Shown here one piece after another: positions 10,520 to 21,638 of a DNA stretch of 64,000 bases; within the stretch, counting starts at the first letter, position 1, and each line of letters begins with the position of its first letter. The DNA is from an uncultured Planctomycetota bacterium. GTDB taxonomy: Bacteria > Planctomycetota > Planctomycetia > Gemmatales > Gemmataceae. The position numbers were made by a program, and so were the translations under genes. Below the pieces are notes generated by a model. That model was given only the letters and a program-made list of their open reading frames with translations, did not search any database and was not told the origin of the DNA. The stretch lies in NCBI GenBank assembly GCA_963767535.1, contig CAVYEC010000002.1:505062-569061 (forward strand), written 5' to 3'.

Positions 10520-11658
10520 TGCGGTTTTTCCAGGTCATCCTGAAAAACGTTTTGAACCGCAAGTCGCGCTCGCTGCTGACGACGGTAGGCGTCGCCATCG
10601 CGGTGACGGCCGTGGTCGCGCTGGTCGGCATCGCCGACGGCTTTCAGCGCTCCTTCCGCGAACTATATGAAAAACGCGGCGTGGATCTGATGGTCGTCCG
10701 TGCCGGCTCCTCGGAACGGCTGGCGAGTTCCATCCCACAGCAGGTCGGAAAACAGATTCGCCAACTGCCGGGAGTACGGGCCGTTTCGCCGGGATTGATG
10801 GACATGGTTTCATTCGAGCAGGCCAACCTCACCAGCGTTGCCCTGCAAGGCTGGGAACCCGGCAGCTTTCTGTTCGACGACCTCAAGATGATCGCGGGCC
10901 GTCGTCTGGAAGCCGACGACGAGCACGGGGTCATGCTCGGCATGGTCCTGGCCAAGAACCTCGGCAAAAAGACCGGCGAACAACTGGACATTGCCGGCCA
11001 GTCGTTCGAGATCGTCGGCGTTTTTGAGAGTTTCAACGTCTTTGAAAACGGCTCGGCCGTGATGCTCATTCGCTCACTGCAAACGCTCATGGATCGGCCC
11101 AACCAAGTGACCGGCTTCCAGGTCGTGCTGGACAGCGTGCCCCATAAAAAAGAGCTGCTCGAACGAGTGCGCGGCGAGATCAACGCCCTGCGGTCTCCCG
11201 AGGGCCGGCTTTGGGGCGTCGAGGCGATGCCGACCGGCGATTACGTCAACAGCACGACGCAAATCCGCATGGCCCAGGCGATGGCGTGGCTGACCTCCGT
11301 CATCGCACTCGTCATCGGCGCGGTCGGCGTGCTGAATACGATGGTCATGTCGGTTTTCGAGCGCACCCGCGAGATCGGCATTCTGCGCCGATCGGCTGGC
11401 GCAAGTCGCGCGTCGTCCGCCTGATTCTGTCCGAGTCGCTGCTTTTGAGCGTCGCCGGGGCGGCGGCCGGCATCGTTGTCGCGATCCTGTTGACCCGCGC
11501 CCTGACATGGTGGCCTCTGGTCAATGGCCTTATCAAAGGCGAGGTCGCGCCGGCCGTGCTGATCCAGGGCTTTTTCATCGCGCTGGCGGTCGGCCTGATC
11601 GGCGGCGCTTACCCCGCTTACCGCGGCGCCCACCTGGCGCCCACGGAGGCGCTCCGCC

Positions 11659-11666
<8 letters not shown>
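10519..11666 (+). CDS. ABC transporter permease, FtsX/MacB-type; frame break ~11388
   Basis: N-terminal TM, then a periplasmic MacB_PCD-like region, then the C-terminal FtsX 4-TM region. The junction is EIGILR|AIGWRKSRVVRLILSESLLL. Confidence 0.75.
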
Positions 11667-12373
<707 letters not shown>

Positions 12374-12378
<5 letters not shown>

Positions 12379-12429
12379 CCCCCGGCTTGCCGGGGGAAAT
12401 CGAACACCCCCGGCAAGCCGGGGGCTATG
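12374..12429. repeat. Long intergenic hairpin (23-bp stem, 10-nt loop), putative terminator
   Basis: catagcccccggcttgccggggg / aaatcgaaca / cccccggcaagccgggggctatg. The stop codon of the upstream gene lies inside the stem. Confidence 0.8.
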
Positions 12430-12521
12430 TGGCTGGAATTGACACGCCGGGGGCACTTACTACAATCCATTGCTCACCCGTGACGCACTTTCTTGCCAGC
12501 CCTAGAGAGAAGGCTACAACC

Positions 12522-14051
12522 GTGTCCGCACACCAAGATCCCTTCGAGGCCAGCCGCAGCGAAAAGTTGCAGGCCATCGAGGCACTCGGACTCGACCCGT
12601 GGGGCGGCCGTTTCGACGGCCATACGCCCATTACCCAGGTGCTCGCCCTGCCGGCCGACGTGCCGGAAGACCAGCGGCCGCGTGTCCGCATCGCCGGCCG
12701 GATCGTTAGTCAGCGCAAGCAAGGCAAAGTTTACTTCCTCGATCTCAAGGATTGGTCCGGCTCGCCGACCCTCCGCGAGATCAAGGGCGAGCGCGAGGGA
12801 ACAGCCGAGAAGGTGCCGGATTTGTCCAGCCGCGTCCAGGTCTACGCCGGACAGCAGCAGGTCGGCGAAACCGGCTGGCAACTGGCGCAGCAGCTCGACC
12901 TGGGCGATTTCCTGGGCGTGGACGGGACGTTCGGTAAGACGCGGCGCGGCGAGCCGTCGGTGTTCGCCGAGAAGCTGACGTTTCTCGGCAAGTCGCTCCT
13001 GCCGCACCCGGACAAGTTCGCCGGGATGCACGACATGGAGTTCCGTCTGCGGCACCGCTACCTCGACCTGATTTACAACCCGGAGACGCTGGACCGTGCC
13101 CGCAAGCGCATTCGTATCATGCGGACCATGCGGCGCTTCCTCGACGATCGCGGCTTCTGGGAGGTCGAGACGCCGACCTTGCAAGCCATCGCTGGCGGCG
13201 CCGCGGCGAGACCGTTCGTCACGCACCACAACGCGCTGGACATCGATCTCTTCCAGCGCATCGCGCTGGAGCTATACCTGAAGCGCCTGCTCGTCGGCGG
13301 CATTGAGAAGGTGTACGAGATCGGCCGGGTCTTCCGCAACGAGGGCATCGACGCCCGGCACAACCCGGAATTCACCATGATGGAGCTGTACCAGGCTTAC
13401 GCCGATTACCGCTCGATGATGGATCTGACGGAGGAACTGATCGTCGCCTGCGTGCGCGAACTGGGCGGGTCGATGCAATTGCCCTACGGCGAACACACGA
13501 TCGACTACACGCCGCCCTGGCAGCGCAAGAGCTACGGCGAACTGTTCGAGCAGCACGTCGGCGTGCCGATGCACGACGCCGAAGCGGTGCGCCGCGTCGC
13601 CGAGAAGGGAGGCTTCCCGGCCGCCGGCAAAGACCCGTCCGTGGTCGTGCATCATCTGTTCGAGGAACACGTTGAGGACAAGCTGACCGGCCCGTTGTTC
13701 GTCTACGATTACCCGGCCCCGTTGTGCCCGTTGACCAAGCGAAAGACCGGCAACCCCGACCTCGCCGAGCGCTTCGAGCTGTACGTGCGCGGCATGGAAC
13801 TGGCCAACGCCTACACGGAGTTGAACGACCCAGTCATGCAGGAGCAGACCTTCCGCAAGCAGTTGGCCGGACTGCCGGAAGAGGAGTCGATGGCGAAGAT
13901 GGACGAAGATTTCGTCCGCGCCCTGCGTCACGGAATGCCGCCGGCCGGCGGACTGGGCATCGGCGTCGATCGGCTCGTCATGCTCTTGACTGACACGCAG
14001 ACCATCCGCGATGTCATCCTGTTCCCGTTGCTTCGCCCGGAGAAGAAATGA
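12522..14051 (+). CDS. lysS: Lysine--tRNA ligase, class II
   Basis: GTG start preceded by gagaagg. OB-fold N-terminus. Class II motifs FRNEGIDARHNPEFTMME and GGLGIGVDRLVMLL. Confidence 0.9.
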   Translation: MSAHQDPFEASRSEKLQAIEALGLDPWGGRFDGHTPITQVLALPADVPEDQRPRVRIAGRIVSQRKQGKVYFLDLKDWSGSPTLREIKGEREGTAEKVPDLSSRVQVYAGQQQVGETGWQLAQQLDLGDFLGVDGTFGKTRRGEPSVFAEKLTFLGKSLLPHPDKFAGMHDMEFRLRHRYLDLIYNPETLDRARKRIRIMRTMRRFLDDRGFWEVETPTLQAIAGGAAARPFVTHHNALDIDLFQRIALELYLKRLLVGGIEKVYEIGRVFRNEGIDARHNPEFTMMELYQAYADYRSMMDLTEELIVACVRELGGSMQLPYGEHTIDYTPPWQRKSYGELFEQHVGVPMHDAEAVRRVAEKGGFPAAGKDPSVVVHHLFEEHVEDKLTGPLFVYDYPAPLCPLTKRKTGNPDLAERFELYVRGMELANAYTELNDPVMQEQTFRKQLAGLPEEESMAKMDEDFVRALRHGMPPAGGLGIGVDRLVMLLTDTQTIRDVILFPLLRPEKK

Positions 14052-14178
14052 ATCACCACGAATCACACGAATAACACGAATAAAAGACAAGAATGCATTC
14101 ATTACCCGCATAGACTGCGTGGTCTTTTTGTCTTTTTTTGGTTTTTTATTCGTGTTATTCGTGTGATTCGTGGTTTTT
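14051..14178. repeat. Long intergenic hairpin, CACGAA-word family (26-bp perfect core stem, ~66-nt loop)
   Basis: ccacgaatcacacgaataacacgaat (14056-14081) pairs with attcgtgttattcgtgtgattcgtgg (14148-14173), followed by a T-run. Confidence 0.85.
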
Positions 14179-14194
14179 CCTCTTGAGGTGAGAC

Positions 14195-15604
14195 GTGTAT
14201 AAACTGCTGCTCTGCTGGCGATATTTGCTGACGCGCTACCTGGCCCTGGTGTGTATCATCAGCGTCATGCTCGGGGTGGCCACGCTCATCGTCGTCAACA
14301 GCGTCATGGCTGGGTTCAGCACCAAGCTGCGGCAGAGGTTGCACGGTCTGCTCTCCGATATTGTCATCGAAGCCCGCGATTACGAGGGCTTTCCCAACCC
14401 CAACGGGATGATGGCCCGCATTCGGGAAGAAGCGGATGTCGGCGAGAAAATCGAGGCGATGACGCCGACGTTGGAAATCTTCGGCATGATTCGCTTCACC
14501 TTCAACGGCACGCCGATCGCCCGGCCCGTGCGCATCATCGGCATCGACCCGGAAGGACGTGCTCGCGTGGGCGGCTTCGCGGAGCATTTGCTGCTCCATC
14601 CGGGTAAACCTTCCTTCGAGCTGACGAAAGAAGCGCTGGAGCGGCAAAACCTGCTGCACCCGCCGCACCGCCTTGAACGGCGGGCCTCTCTCCTTCAGGC
14701 TCCGCGCGTTCCGGGAATGCCTCCGCCTCCCGACCCGCCGCCGTCGCGCGAATTTGTTCCGTCGAGCATCATCCTCGGCTACGCCATCGCGCACTTTCGC
14801 ACGCAGCTCAACCCCGAGGAACCCGCCAAGGATGTCCGCACCCTCGAACCCGGCGACGACGTGATCCTCACCACCATCAGCGGCCAGGCGCTCAAGCCGG
14901 TCGAGTGGCGCTGCGCGGTTTGCGATTATTTCCACTCCGAAATGAGCGAATACGACGCGAATTACGTGTTCGTGCCGCTGGACGAATTGCAGCGTCTGCG
15001 GACGATGGAGGGCCGGGCGACGAGCATTCAGATTCGGCTCAAGGATTACCACGATTTGCAGCTCGTCAAGAAACGGCTGACGGAAGTTTTTGCTGGCGTG
15101 CCGGTCGCCGTCGAGACGTGGGAAGACAAACAGGGGCCGCTTTTGGCCGCCATCAGCATCGAGAAGGGCATCCTCAATGTGCTGTTGTTCATGATCATCG
15201 CCGTGGCCGGCTTCGGCATCCTCGCCATCTTCTCGATGATCGTCGTCGAGAAGACGCGCGACATCGGCATCCTCAAGGCGCTGGGCGCGTCCAACACGGG
15301 CGTGTTGAACATCTTCCTCGGTTACGGACTCCTGCTTGGCGTGGTTGGGGCGGCGCTCGGCACCGCCATCGGCGTGACCATCACGGTTTACATCAACGAG
15401 ATCGAGCAGTTATTGACCAAATGGACCGGGCACGAGTTGTTCAATCGTTCGGTGTATTACTTCAACGAGATCCCCACCGACATCGCACCGATGAGCGTGG
15501 TCCTCGTGAACGTGGGCGCGGTGGCCATTGCCGTGCTGTTCAGCGTGCTGCCGGCGCTGCGTGCGGCTCTGCTGCACCCGGTGCGGGCGCTGCGGTACGA
15601 GTAA
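14195..15604 (+). CDS. Lipoprotein-releasing system LolC/E-family permease
   Basis: N-terminal TM, a large periplasmic domain, and a C-terminal FtsX domain with TRDIGILKALGAS. Confidence 0.8.
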   Translation: MYKLLLCWRYLLTRYLALVCIISVMLGVATLIVVNSVMAGFSTKLRQRLHGLLSDIVIEARDYEGFPNPNGMMARIREEADVGEKIEAMTPTLEIFGMIRFTFNGTPIARPVRIIGIDPEGRARVGGFAEHLLLHPGKPSFELTKEALERQNLLHPPHRLERRASLLQAPRVPGMPPPPDPPPSREFVPSSIILGYAIAHFRTQLNPEEPAKDVRTLEPGDDVILTTISGQALKPVEWRCAVCDYFHSEMSEYDANYVFVPLDELQRLRTMEGRATSIQIRLKDYHDLQLVKKRLTEVFAGVPVAVETWEDKQGPLLAAISIEKGILNVLLFMIIAVAGFGILAIFSMIVVEKTRDIGILKALGASNTGVLNIFLGYGLLLGVVGAALGTAIGVTITVYINEIEQLLTKWTGHELFNRSVYYFNEIPTDIAPMSVVLVNVGAVAIAVLFSVLPALRAALLHPVRALRYE

Positions 15605-15629
15605 CTTTTTCGGAGCGGAGATCCGAGCG

Positions 15630-16381
15630 ATGCGCGAAAACCTGCCCCTGCTGGCGGCCGTCAACGTCCACAAGACCTATCGCAAAAACGCCATCGAGGT
15701 GCCCGTACTGACCGGGCTGGATCTCGAAGTCTACCCCGGCGAATTTCTCAGCATCGTCGGCAGTTCCGGCAGCGGTAAGAGCACCCTCCTGCACCTGCTC
15801 GGCACGCTCGACAAGCCCGACGAGGGACGCATCCTGCTCGACACCGAACGCATTGACAACCAGCCGGCCGAGCAGCGCGACCGGCTGCGCAATCAGACAT
15901 TTGGCTTCATCTTCCAGTTCTACCACCTGCTGCCCGAACTCAGCACACTGGAAAATGTGTTGATGCCGAAGATGATTGCGCTGCCGGTGCGCGGTTGGTT
16001 CCGCGAACGGCGAGCGCTGAAGCAATACGCCACGGAACTGCTCGACCGCGTCGGCCTGGGGCACCGTCTGTCGCACAAGCCGCGCGAGCTGTCCGGCGGC
16101 GAGATGCAGCGGGCCGCCATCGCGCGGCGCTCGTCAATCGGCCGCGCATCCTGCTGGCCGACGAGCCGACCGGCAACCTCGACGCCGAGAAGGGCGTCGA
16201 GATCATCCGCCTGTTGCGCGACTTGAACCGGCAGGAACGACTGACTATCATCATGGTGACTCATAACATGGAGATCGTCTCGACCACCGATCGCGTGGTG
16301 CGCCTGGTCAAGGGCCGTGTGCAAGACGGGGTGGACCCGAACCCGCTCCTTCAGCACTGTGTCGTCAATCGTGAGCCGTGA
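15630..16381 (+). CDS. lolD: LolD-like ABC ATP-binding protein; frame break ~16126
   Basis: Walker A GSSGSGKST and signature LSGGEMQR, then AIAR|[19 protein letters not shown] in the second frame. Confidence 0.8.
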
Positions 16382-16432
16382 TTCGCGGATCGGACCTTCT
16401 CCCATCCCGAGTCACGAGGGAGAGGGCCAGCC

Positions 16433-17290
16433 ATGACCAAAGTCTGGATCAACGGCAAACTATTCGACAAATCCGATGCCAAGATCAGCGTGTTCGATCA
16501 CGGCCTGCTCTACGGCGATGGCGTCTTCGAGGGGATTCGCATCTACGGAAGCAAGGTCTTCCGCCTCCGCGAACACATCGACCGGCTGTACGAAAGCGCC
16601 CGCCACATCGCCCTGGAAATCCCGCTCGGCCGTGAGCAGATGACGCAGGCCGTCCTCGATACGGTCAAGGCCAACGCCAAGCAGGACGGATATATCCGTT
16701 TGGTCGTGACACGCGGGGCGGGCTATCTCGGACTCGATCCTGGCAAGACTTCCGACCCGCAAGTCATCATCATTGTCGATGACATCAGTTTGTATCCGGT
16801 CGAATTCTACGAGAAGGGTCTCGAAGTCATCACCGCGTCGATCATCCGCAATCATCCCAACGCGCTCAACCCGCGTATCAAGTCGCTGAATTACCTCAAT
16901 AACATTCTGGCCAAGATCGAGGCCGTCCGCGCCGGCTGTCACGAAGCGATCATGCTCAATCACAACGGCGAAGTCGCCGAGTGTACCGGCGATAACATCT
17001 TCATCGTCAAGCGCGGCGTCCTGCGGACGCCGCACATGGTTGCGGGCATCCTCGAAGGCGTGACGCGCAACGCCGTCCTCGAACTGGCCCGCGAGGTGCG
17101 CATCCCCGCGCAGGAGATGGCCCTGACGCGCCACGATGTCTACAGCGCCGACGAGTGTTTCCTGACCGGCACCGCCGCCGAGGTCGTGCCGGTGGTCAAG
17201 TGCGACGGCCGGCCAGTCGGCAACGGCAAGCCCGGCCCCATCACCCGGCAGCTACGCGAACGATTTCACCAATTAGCCCGTAGTCCGTAG
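16433..17290 (+). CDS. ilvE: Branched-chain amino acid aminotransferase (fold type IV)
   Basis: Class IV aminotransferase pattern: FDHGLLYGDGVFEGIR, RLVVTRG, EGVTR. Confidence 0.85.
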   Translation: MTKVWINGKLFDKSDAKISVFDHGLLYGDGVFEGIRIYGSKVFRLREHIDRLYESARHIALEIPLGREQMTQAVLDTVKANAKQDGYIRLVVTRGAGYLGLDPGKTSDPQVIIIVDDISLYPVEFYEKGLEVITASIIRNHPNALNPRIKSLNYLNNILAKIEAVRAGCHEAIMLNHNGEVAECTGDNIFIVKRGVLRTPHMVAGILEGVTRNAVLELAREVRIPAQEMALTRHDVYSADECFLTGTAAEVVPVVKCDGRPVGNGKPGPITRQLRERFHQLARSP

Positions 17291-17352
17291 TCCGTAGTCC
17301 GTAGCAAAGACAATAATTGGTTTTTGCTACGGACTACTGGCTACGGACTACG
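17279..17352. repeat. Long intergenic hairpin, GTAGTCC-heptad family
   Basis: cgtagtccgtagtccgtagtccgtagcaaa .. tttgctacggactactggctacggactacg. The ilvE stop codon lies inside the left arm. Confidence 0.8.
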
Positions 17353-17359
17353 AACGACA

Positions 17360-17825
17360 ATGATCGACTTACATCGCATTCTGGTCCCGACCGATTTCAG
17401 CAAGTCGTCGCGGAACGCGCTGACCTACGGAGCGGCGTTCGCCGCCCGGTTCGGCGCGGAGTTGCATTTGCTGCACGTCGTTCAGGATCTGGCCCTGTTC
17501 ATCCCGGAAGCCGTTATGCTGGCGCCGCCGATGGTGCCCCCGGTCGAGCAGTTTGTCACGGCGGCGCGGGCGGCGCTGGATCGCGCCGTGCAGGAGTTGG
17601 CCACCCCCGACGTTCGCGTCATCCCCCAGGTGGGCGAGGGCACTCCCTTTGAGGAAATCGTCCGCTTCGCGCGAGAAGGACATCGACCTGATTGTCATGG
17701 GCACGCACGGACACACCGGGTTGGCGCACCTGTTTTTGGGCAGCGTCGCCGAGAAGGTCGTTCGCCGGGCGCCGTGCCCGGTGCTGACCGTGCGCCACCC
17801 CGAACACGAGTTCGTCCATCCCTGA
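17360..17825 (+). CDS. Universal stress protein (UspA family); frame break ~17675
   Basis: [21 protein letters not shown]-terminus, then [36 protein letters not shown] in ORF 17553..17825. Confidence 0.75.
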
Positions 17826-17841
17826 ATGGTGAAGGTTCGCC

Positions 17842-18513
17842 ATGCCCCGATATCGACCGACGCCGGTGTTCGTGATCGCGATCCTTCACCTGGTAGGAGG
17901 CGGTCTGGGTCTGATCTTCTCGCTGTGCGGGTGCGCCGGGCTGTTCATGGGAAGCGCGCTCAGCTCGATGTCTCTGCCGACGGTCCCCGCCCGTCCTGGT
18001 CAGACGGCTCCTCCCCCGCCGCCCGGCCCCAACGAGATCATGAAGTTTTACAACGAAAATGTGCCCGGCTATCAGGCGTTCACCATCGGCGCGATTGTGG
18101 TGAGTTTGCTGCTTGATGGGATGCTGCTGGCCGCGGGGATCGGTTTGTTGAACATGCGCCCCTGGGCGCGGGGGTTGTCGCTGGTCTATGCCCCCATCAG
18201 CATCGTCAACCGCGTCTTCGCGTTCATTTATCAGCTGGTGTTCGTGACGCCGGCCACGGAAAAGCTCTACGCCCAGAACCCCGTCCTGGCGGGCATGTCG
18301 AGTTTCATGACCATCACTACGGGAGTGGGACTCGTCGTGAATTTGCTCTTTATCATCTATCCCATCACGGTGCTGGTCATCCTTCTGATGCCGTCCACGG
18401 CCGCGGCCTTTCGCGTTCAGGCCCCGGTTCGATCGGACGACATCGGCGAGGAGGCTTCCGACTCAGACGACTCCTGGCGCGACCCTCCACGCAGCGACGC
18501 AATCACCCGTTGA
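17842..18513 (+). CDS. Multi-pass membrane protein, unknown function
   Basis: Four hydrophobic segments and an acidic C-terminal tail. I recognise no family. Confidence 0.5.
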   Translation: MPRYRPTPVFVIAILHLVGGGLGLIFSLCGCAGLFMGSALSSMSLPTVPARPGQTAPPPPPGPNEIMKFYNENVPGYQAFTIGAIVVSLLLDGMLLAAGIGLLNMRPWARGLSLVYAPISIVNRVFAFIYQLVFVTPATEKLYAQNPVLAGMSSFMTITTGVGLVVNLLFIIYPITVLVILLMPSTAAAFRVQAPVRSDDIGEEASDSDDSWRDPPRSDAITR

Positions 18514-18843
18514 TCTCCTTTTCCGCGATCTGAATCTAAATTCAGTTGAATTCCGTTCATGTTACCCGACGGATTCGCGAGTCGCAGACCCTCCGGTCGG
18601 CTGCGGATGGCTTCCTCACGGACGGCCAACAGAAAAACGTGAGAAATAATTGACAAAATGTGAAAAATTCTTGTCCACTTCCGCGCGCCAATCTCGATTC
18701 ATTCTCCAGGGGATGTGCGGAGAAGCTGATGTGACGTCGGCGACGCGGCCGTTCCCCGCCAGGGCAAGGTGCCCCGCCCCTATCGCGGCCGCGTGTCCCC
18801 AGAAGCGCCGGAATGCTCCCGGCGTGACAACGGAGTCGCAACC

Positions 18844-19721
18844 ATGAGTTTGCCACCCTCGAATCTCGCCTTGTTTTTGGCGGACGACGTGCGGCGCGAC
18901 CGAATCCTCCACGCCCTTTCGATGTTGCGAGACGCCTGGGAAGCCGCCCAAGATCTGCAAGTCCCCGCGGAGGAATTCGCCCTGGAAATGCGTCCCTTCT
19001 ACGCGGCCGGCCTGACCAACACGGACTTGCGCTGGCTCGTCGCCAAGGGGTACGTGGATCACCTCCAGGAACAGATCGACGCCCGCACCGGCCGCCGACT
19101 GTTCCGCCGTTCGCACAGTCTCACCATCACCCCCGACAGTTGTTTCGTGCTGTCCGCGGCGGGACTCGGCTTCGCTTCGGAGCGGCGCAGGAGTCTGTGC
19201 CTGCGTTTCGGCCGGCGGAGGCCCCGAAGCCGTCGGTGGTCTGCACGCTCGTTCCCTATTGGGACGGCGCGCTGCGCGTTCTTCGCTGGAAGGACTTCCT
19301 CGTCAAGCGCTATCGGGTTCCGGCCGTCAACCAGGAGCGGATCTTGACCGCCTTGCAAGAGGAAGGTTGGCCGTCGCGCATTGATGATCCCCTGCCTCCT
19401 GCTCGGGACATCGACCCCAAGGCGCGTCTGCACGATGCCATCAAGGGACTTAACCGCAACTGCGTCCACGCGCTGTTGTGCTTCCACGGTGACGGCACGG
19501 GCCGGGGGCTTGTTTGGAGCCTGACGCTGCGCGCCGCGCCGAAGTGCGGTAGCGAAGAGAAAAATACCAGCCGCAAGCGCCAGCGAGCGGAATCGAGACC
19601 GCTCGCTGGCGCTCGCGGCTGGTATAGAGTGACTACAACTCAACCACCTCGACCTCGCGCACGAACCGATCCGGTTCGCCGCCCAGGAACGAGGCCACCA
19701 CCTCGAACACCGCGTCACTGA
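18844..19721 (+). CDS. Hypothetical protein; frame break ~19180; 3' end uncertain
   Basis: ATG preceded by ggag. ORF 18769..19347 continues in ORF 19140..19721 (..LGFAS|[10 protein letters not shown]..). The distal part runs through the 19564-19625 hairpin and into rsr, so the true stop is probably earlier. Confidence 0.35.
19564..19625. terminator. 27-bp stem hairpin between convergent genes (bidirectional terminator candidate)
   Basis: ataccagccgcaagcgccagcgagcgg / aatcgaga / ccgctcgctggcgctcgcggctggtat, with one mismatch. Confidence 0.7.
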
Positions 19722-21256
19722 ACCCGCCGATGTTCAAGATGTCGGCGCGCTCCGGCGCCTGGCTGGTGGCGTACGCCTGCAAGTCCATGCACACCAGCTT
19801 CGGACCCGCCCAGCCGGCGTCGTGCAGGCGCTTCTGGTTGGCGACGAACTCCTGCCACTGGGTCATCACGCCCGTCGAGCCGGCCCGACCGGCGCCGACC
19901 CAGCTTTCCATGTCGCTGACCAGCACGCAGCCGGCGAAACGACGATCGCGGTACGTCTTGTTCGCCTCGGCCAACGGCAGCGAGCAGTCCGTGCCGCCGC
20001 CGCCGAAGCGGGCCAGGTAGCCAGCCAGGTCGAGGATCGCCTCATCCGCGCCAACGTCGGCCTTGTACGCCACCGTATCGAACGGGATGACGACGCTGCC
20101 GGGGTTGCGGCGCAGGAGCGCCGCCGCGAACAGGGCGGCCACGTCCACGCAGCGCACCTTGCTCGTCGCGCCGCGGCCGCGCTGGCCGGTCACGGGCGAA
20201 CCCATCGAGCCGGACACGTCCAGTCCAATGACGACCGGCTCCGGCAGCTCGGGCACGTTGCCGCACGCAATCTCCGCGGCCCGGCCGAGAGCGTCGCGGA
20301 TCGCCTGCGGCACGTTCGCCTCGGCGTTGAGGTACGCGGCGAGGTACTGATACGGAAACTGCCGGCTCTTGCGGATCTCATCGCGGTCGGCGATCCGCTC
20401 GGCCACATGCATGACCAAAGCCAGGTCGCCGGCCAGGGCGTCGTGGCGCAGGAGCGTGTTGAGGTTCATGCGCAGCGCCTGCGGTCCCATCTGGCGGGCG
20501 ATGGCCTTCCAGACGGACGGGCCGCGGGCCGAGTCGGCCAGCAAGTCCCAGCGGAAGCGGGCGCGCTCAAGGATCGCGACCTGTTCCGCCTCACTTTCGG
20601 CGTTACGGAACGCGATCAAATCGCCGATCTCGCGCGGCAGGTCCGCCAGTGTGGCCGGCGCCCACTTCTCGACCGGCTTGCCCGTCAGCCAGCCATACAG
20701 GGCGCGACGGGCGTTGTCCGTCGGCGTGGGCCGGGCCAGGCGCAGCACGTCGCGCAGGCTCGGGTCGTTGCCGATCGACGCGGACAGCAACATGCCGACG
20801 CCGGCCGAGTTCAGCCAGCGCTGGAAGGCGCGCTGCAGCGCGTACGACAGGCTCTTGCGGCCGAGTTGACCAAGAGCGGACCATCTGGAACACCGTTCGC
20901 AGCACCCGGCCGTTATCGACGACGCGCTCGAAGACGCGGCGGAACAGCGCCGGGTCGCGCTTCGACAGTACGACGAGCAGGGCGGCCGGCATGTTCTTCA
21001 TGAAAGCGCGCTGCCGGCAATACAGGGCGAGCTTGGCCAGGTAGACATTGTCGTCCACCTGATCGACCAGGGCCAGCAGGGCGGCCAACTGCGCTTCGGC
21101 GTTGCTGTAGTACGCGCCGTTGAAGCAGCCCGTCGCGGCCAGCTGCGCCAGGGCGTGGCGCGGCGGCAGCCGGTAGGCGAGACCGCCGGCCTCGTTACGG
21201 GCATCGGCGCACGGCAGCAGCCCCTTGAGGGTGGCGAAGAGGTTCTTGTTAGCCAT
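19633..21256 (-). CDS. rsr: Ro 60-kDa autoantigen orthologue (Rsr): TROVE domain + von Willebrand A domain; frame break ~20870-20880
   Basis: N-terminal TROVE-like sequence ([51 protein letters not shown]). C-terminal vWA with MIDAS DVSGSM. The junction is FQMVRS|(G)[19 protein letters not shown]. Confidence 0.85.
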
Positions 21257-21277
21257 CGGGCGTCCTCCGGGAAAAGC

Positions 21278-21360
21278 GATCCGACGAGGTGTGGGCAGAG
21301 TATTCGTCCTTGCGGACGAATCGATTAACAGTCGATGTACTCCGCACCGGCAGTCGGATC
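21278..21360 (-). ncRNA. Y-RNA-like gene, unit 4 (Ro-binding helix + two small hairpins, no tRNA module)
   Basis: Closing stem GATCCGAC/GTCGGATC, followed by GCTTTTCC. 5' motif CTGCCGGTGCGGAGTACAT and 3' motif TACTCTGCCCACACCTCG. The apical part has ATCGA-CTGTTAA-TCGAT and TTCGTCC-GCAA-GGACGAA hairpins. Confidence 0.65.
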
Positions 21361-21379
21361 AGGATTCAGAATGTCCAGT

Positions 21380-21482
21380 CGCCAGCGAAGGGTTGGGCAG
21401 AGCCTCCAGCCCCATTTGTGTAGAGAGGGCTGGTCAGGAATCGAACCTGGTTTGACCATGTACTCCGCACCGGCAGCTGGCG
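21380..21482 (-). ncRNA. Y-RNA-like gene, unit 3 (Ro-binding helix + partial tRNA mimic: T-arm and loop-capped acceptor-like stem)
   Basis: Closing stem CGCCAGC/GCTGGCG. 5' motif CTGCCGGTGCGGAGTACAT. T-arm CCAGG-TTCGATT-CCTGA. 7-bp stem CCAGCCC/GGGCTGG capped by a 14-nt loop. 3' motif GGCTCTGCCCAACCCTTCG. Confidence 0.6.
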
Positions 21483-21495
21483 GTGGTCGCATAAA

Positions 21496-21631
21496 GACCG
21501 ACGAGGTTTTGGCCAGAGTTCTTCTGCCGCGTCTGCCAATTCCGCCACAGGGCCTACGGCCCTGGTGGGATTTGAACCCACACGAACTTTCGCTCAACAG
21601 ATCCGGATGTACTCCGAACCGGCAGTCGGTC
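21496..21631 (-). ncRNA. Y-RNA-like gene, unit 2 (YrlA-type; permuted class II, tRNA-Leu-like mimic)
   Basis: Closing stem GACCGAC/GTCGGTC, then TTTAT. 5' motif CTGCCGGTTCGGAGTACAT. Variable-arm-like hairpin GAGC-GAAA-GTTC. T-arm GTGGG-TTCAAAT-CCCAC. Acceptor CAGGGCC-GTA-GGCCCTG. Leu-type D-arm TGGCGGAATTGGCAGACGCG. 3' motif AACTCTGGCCAAAACCTCG. Confidence 0.7.
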
Positions 21632-21638
21632 TGGTTCC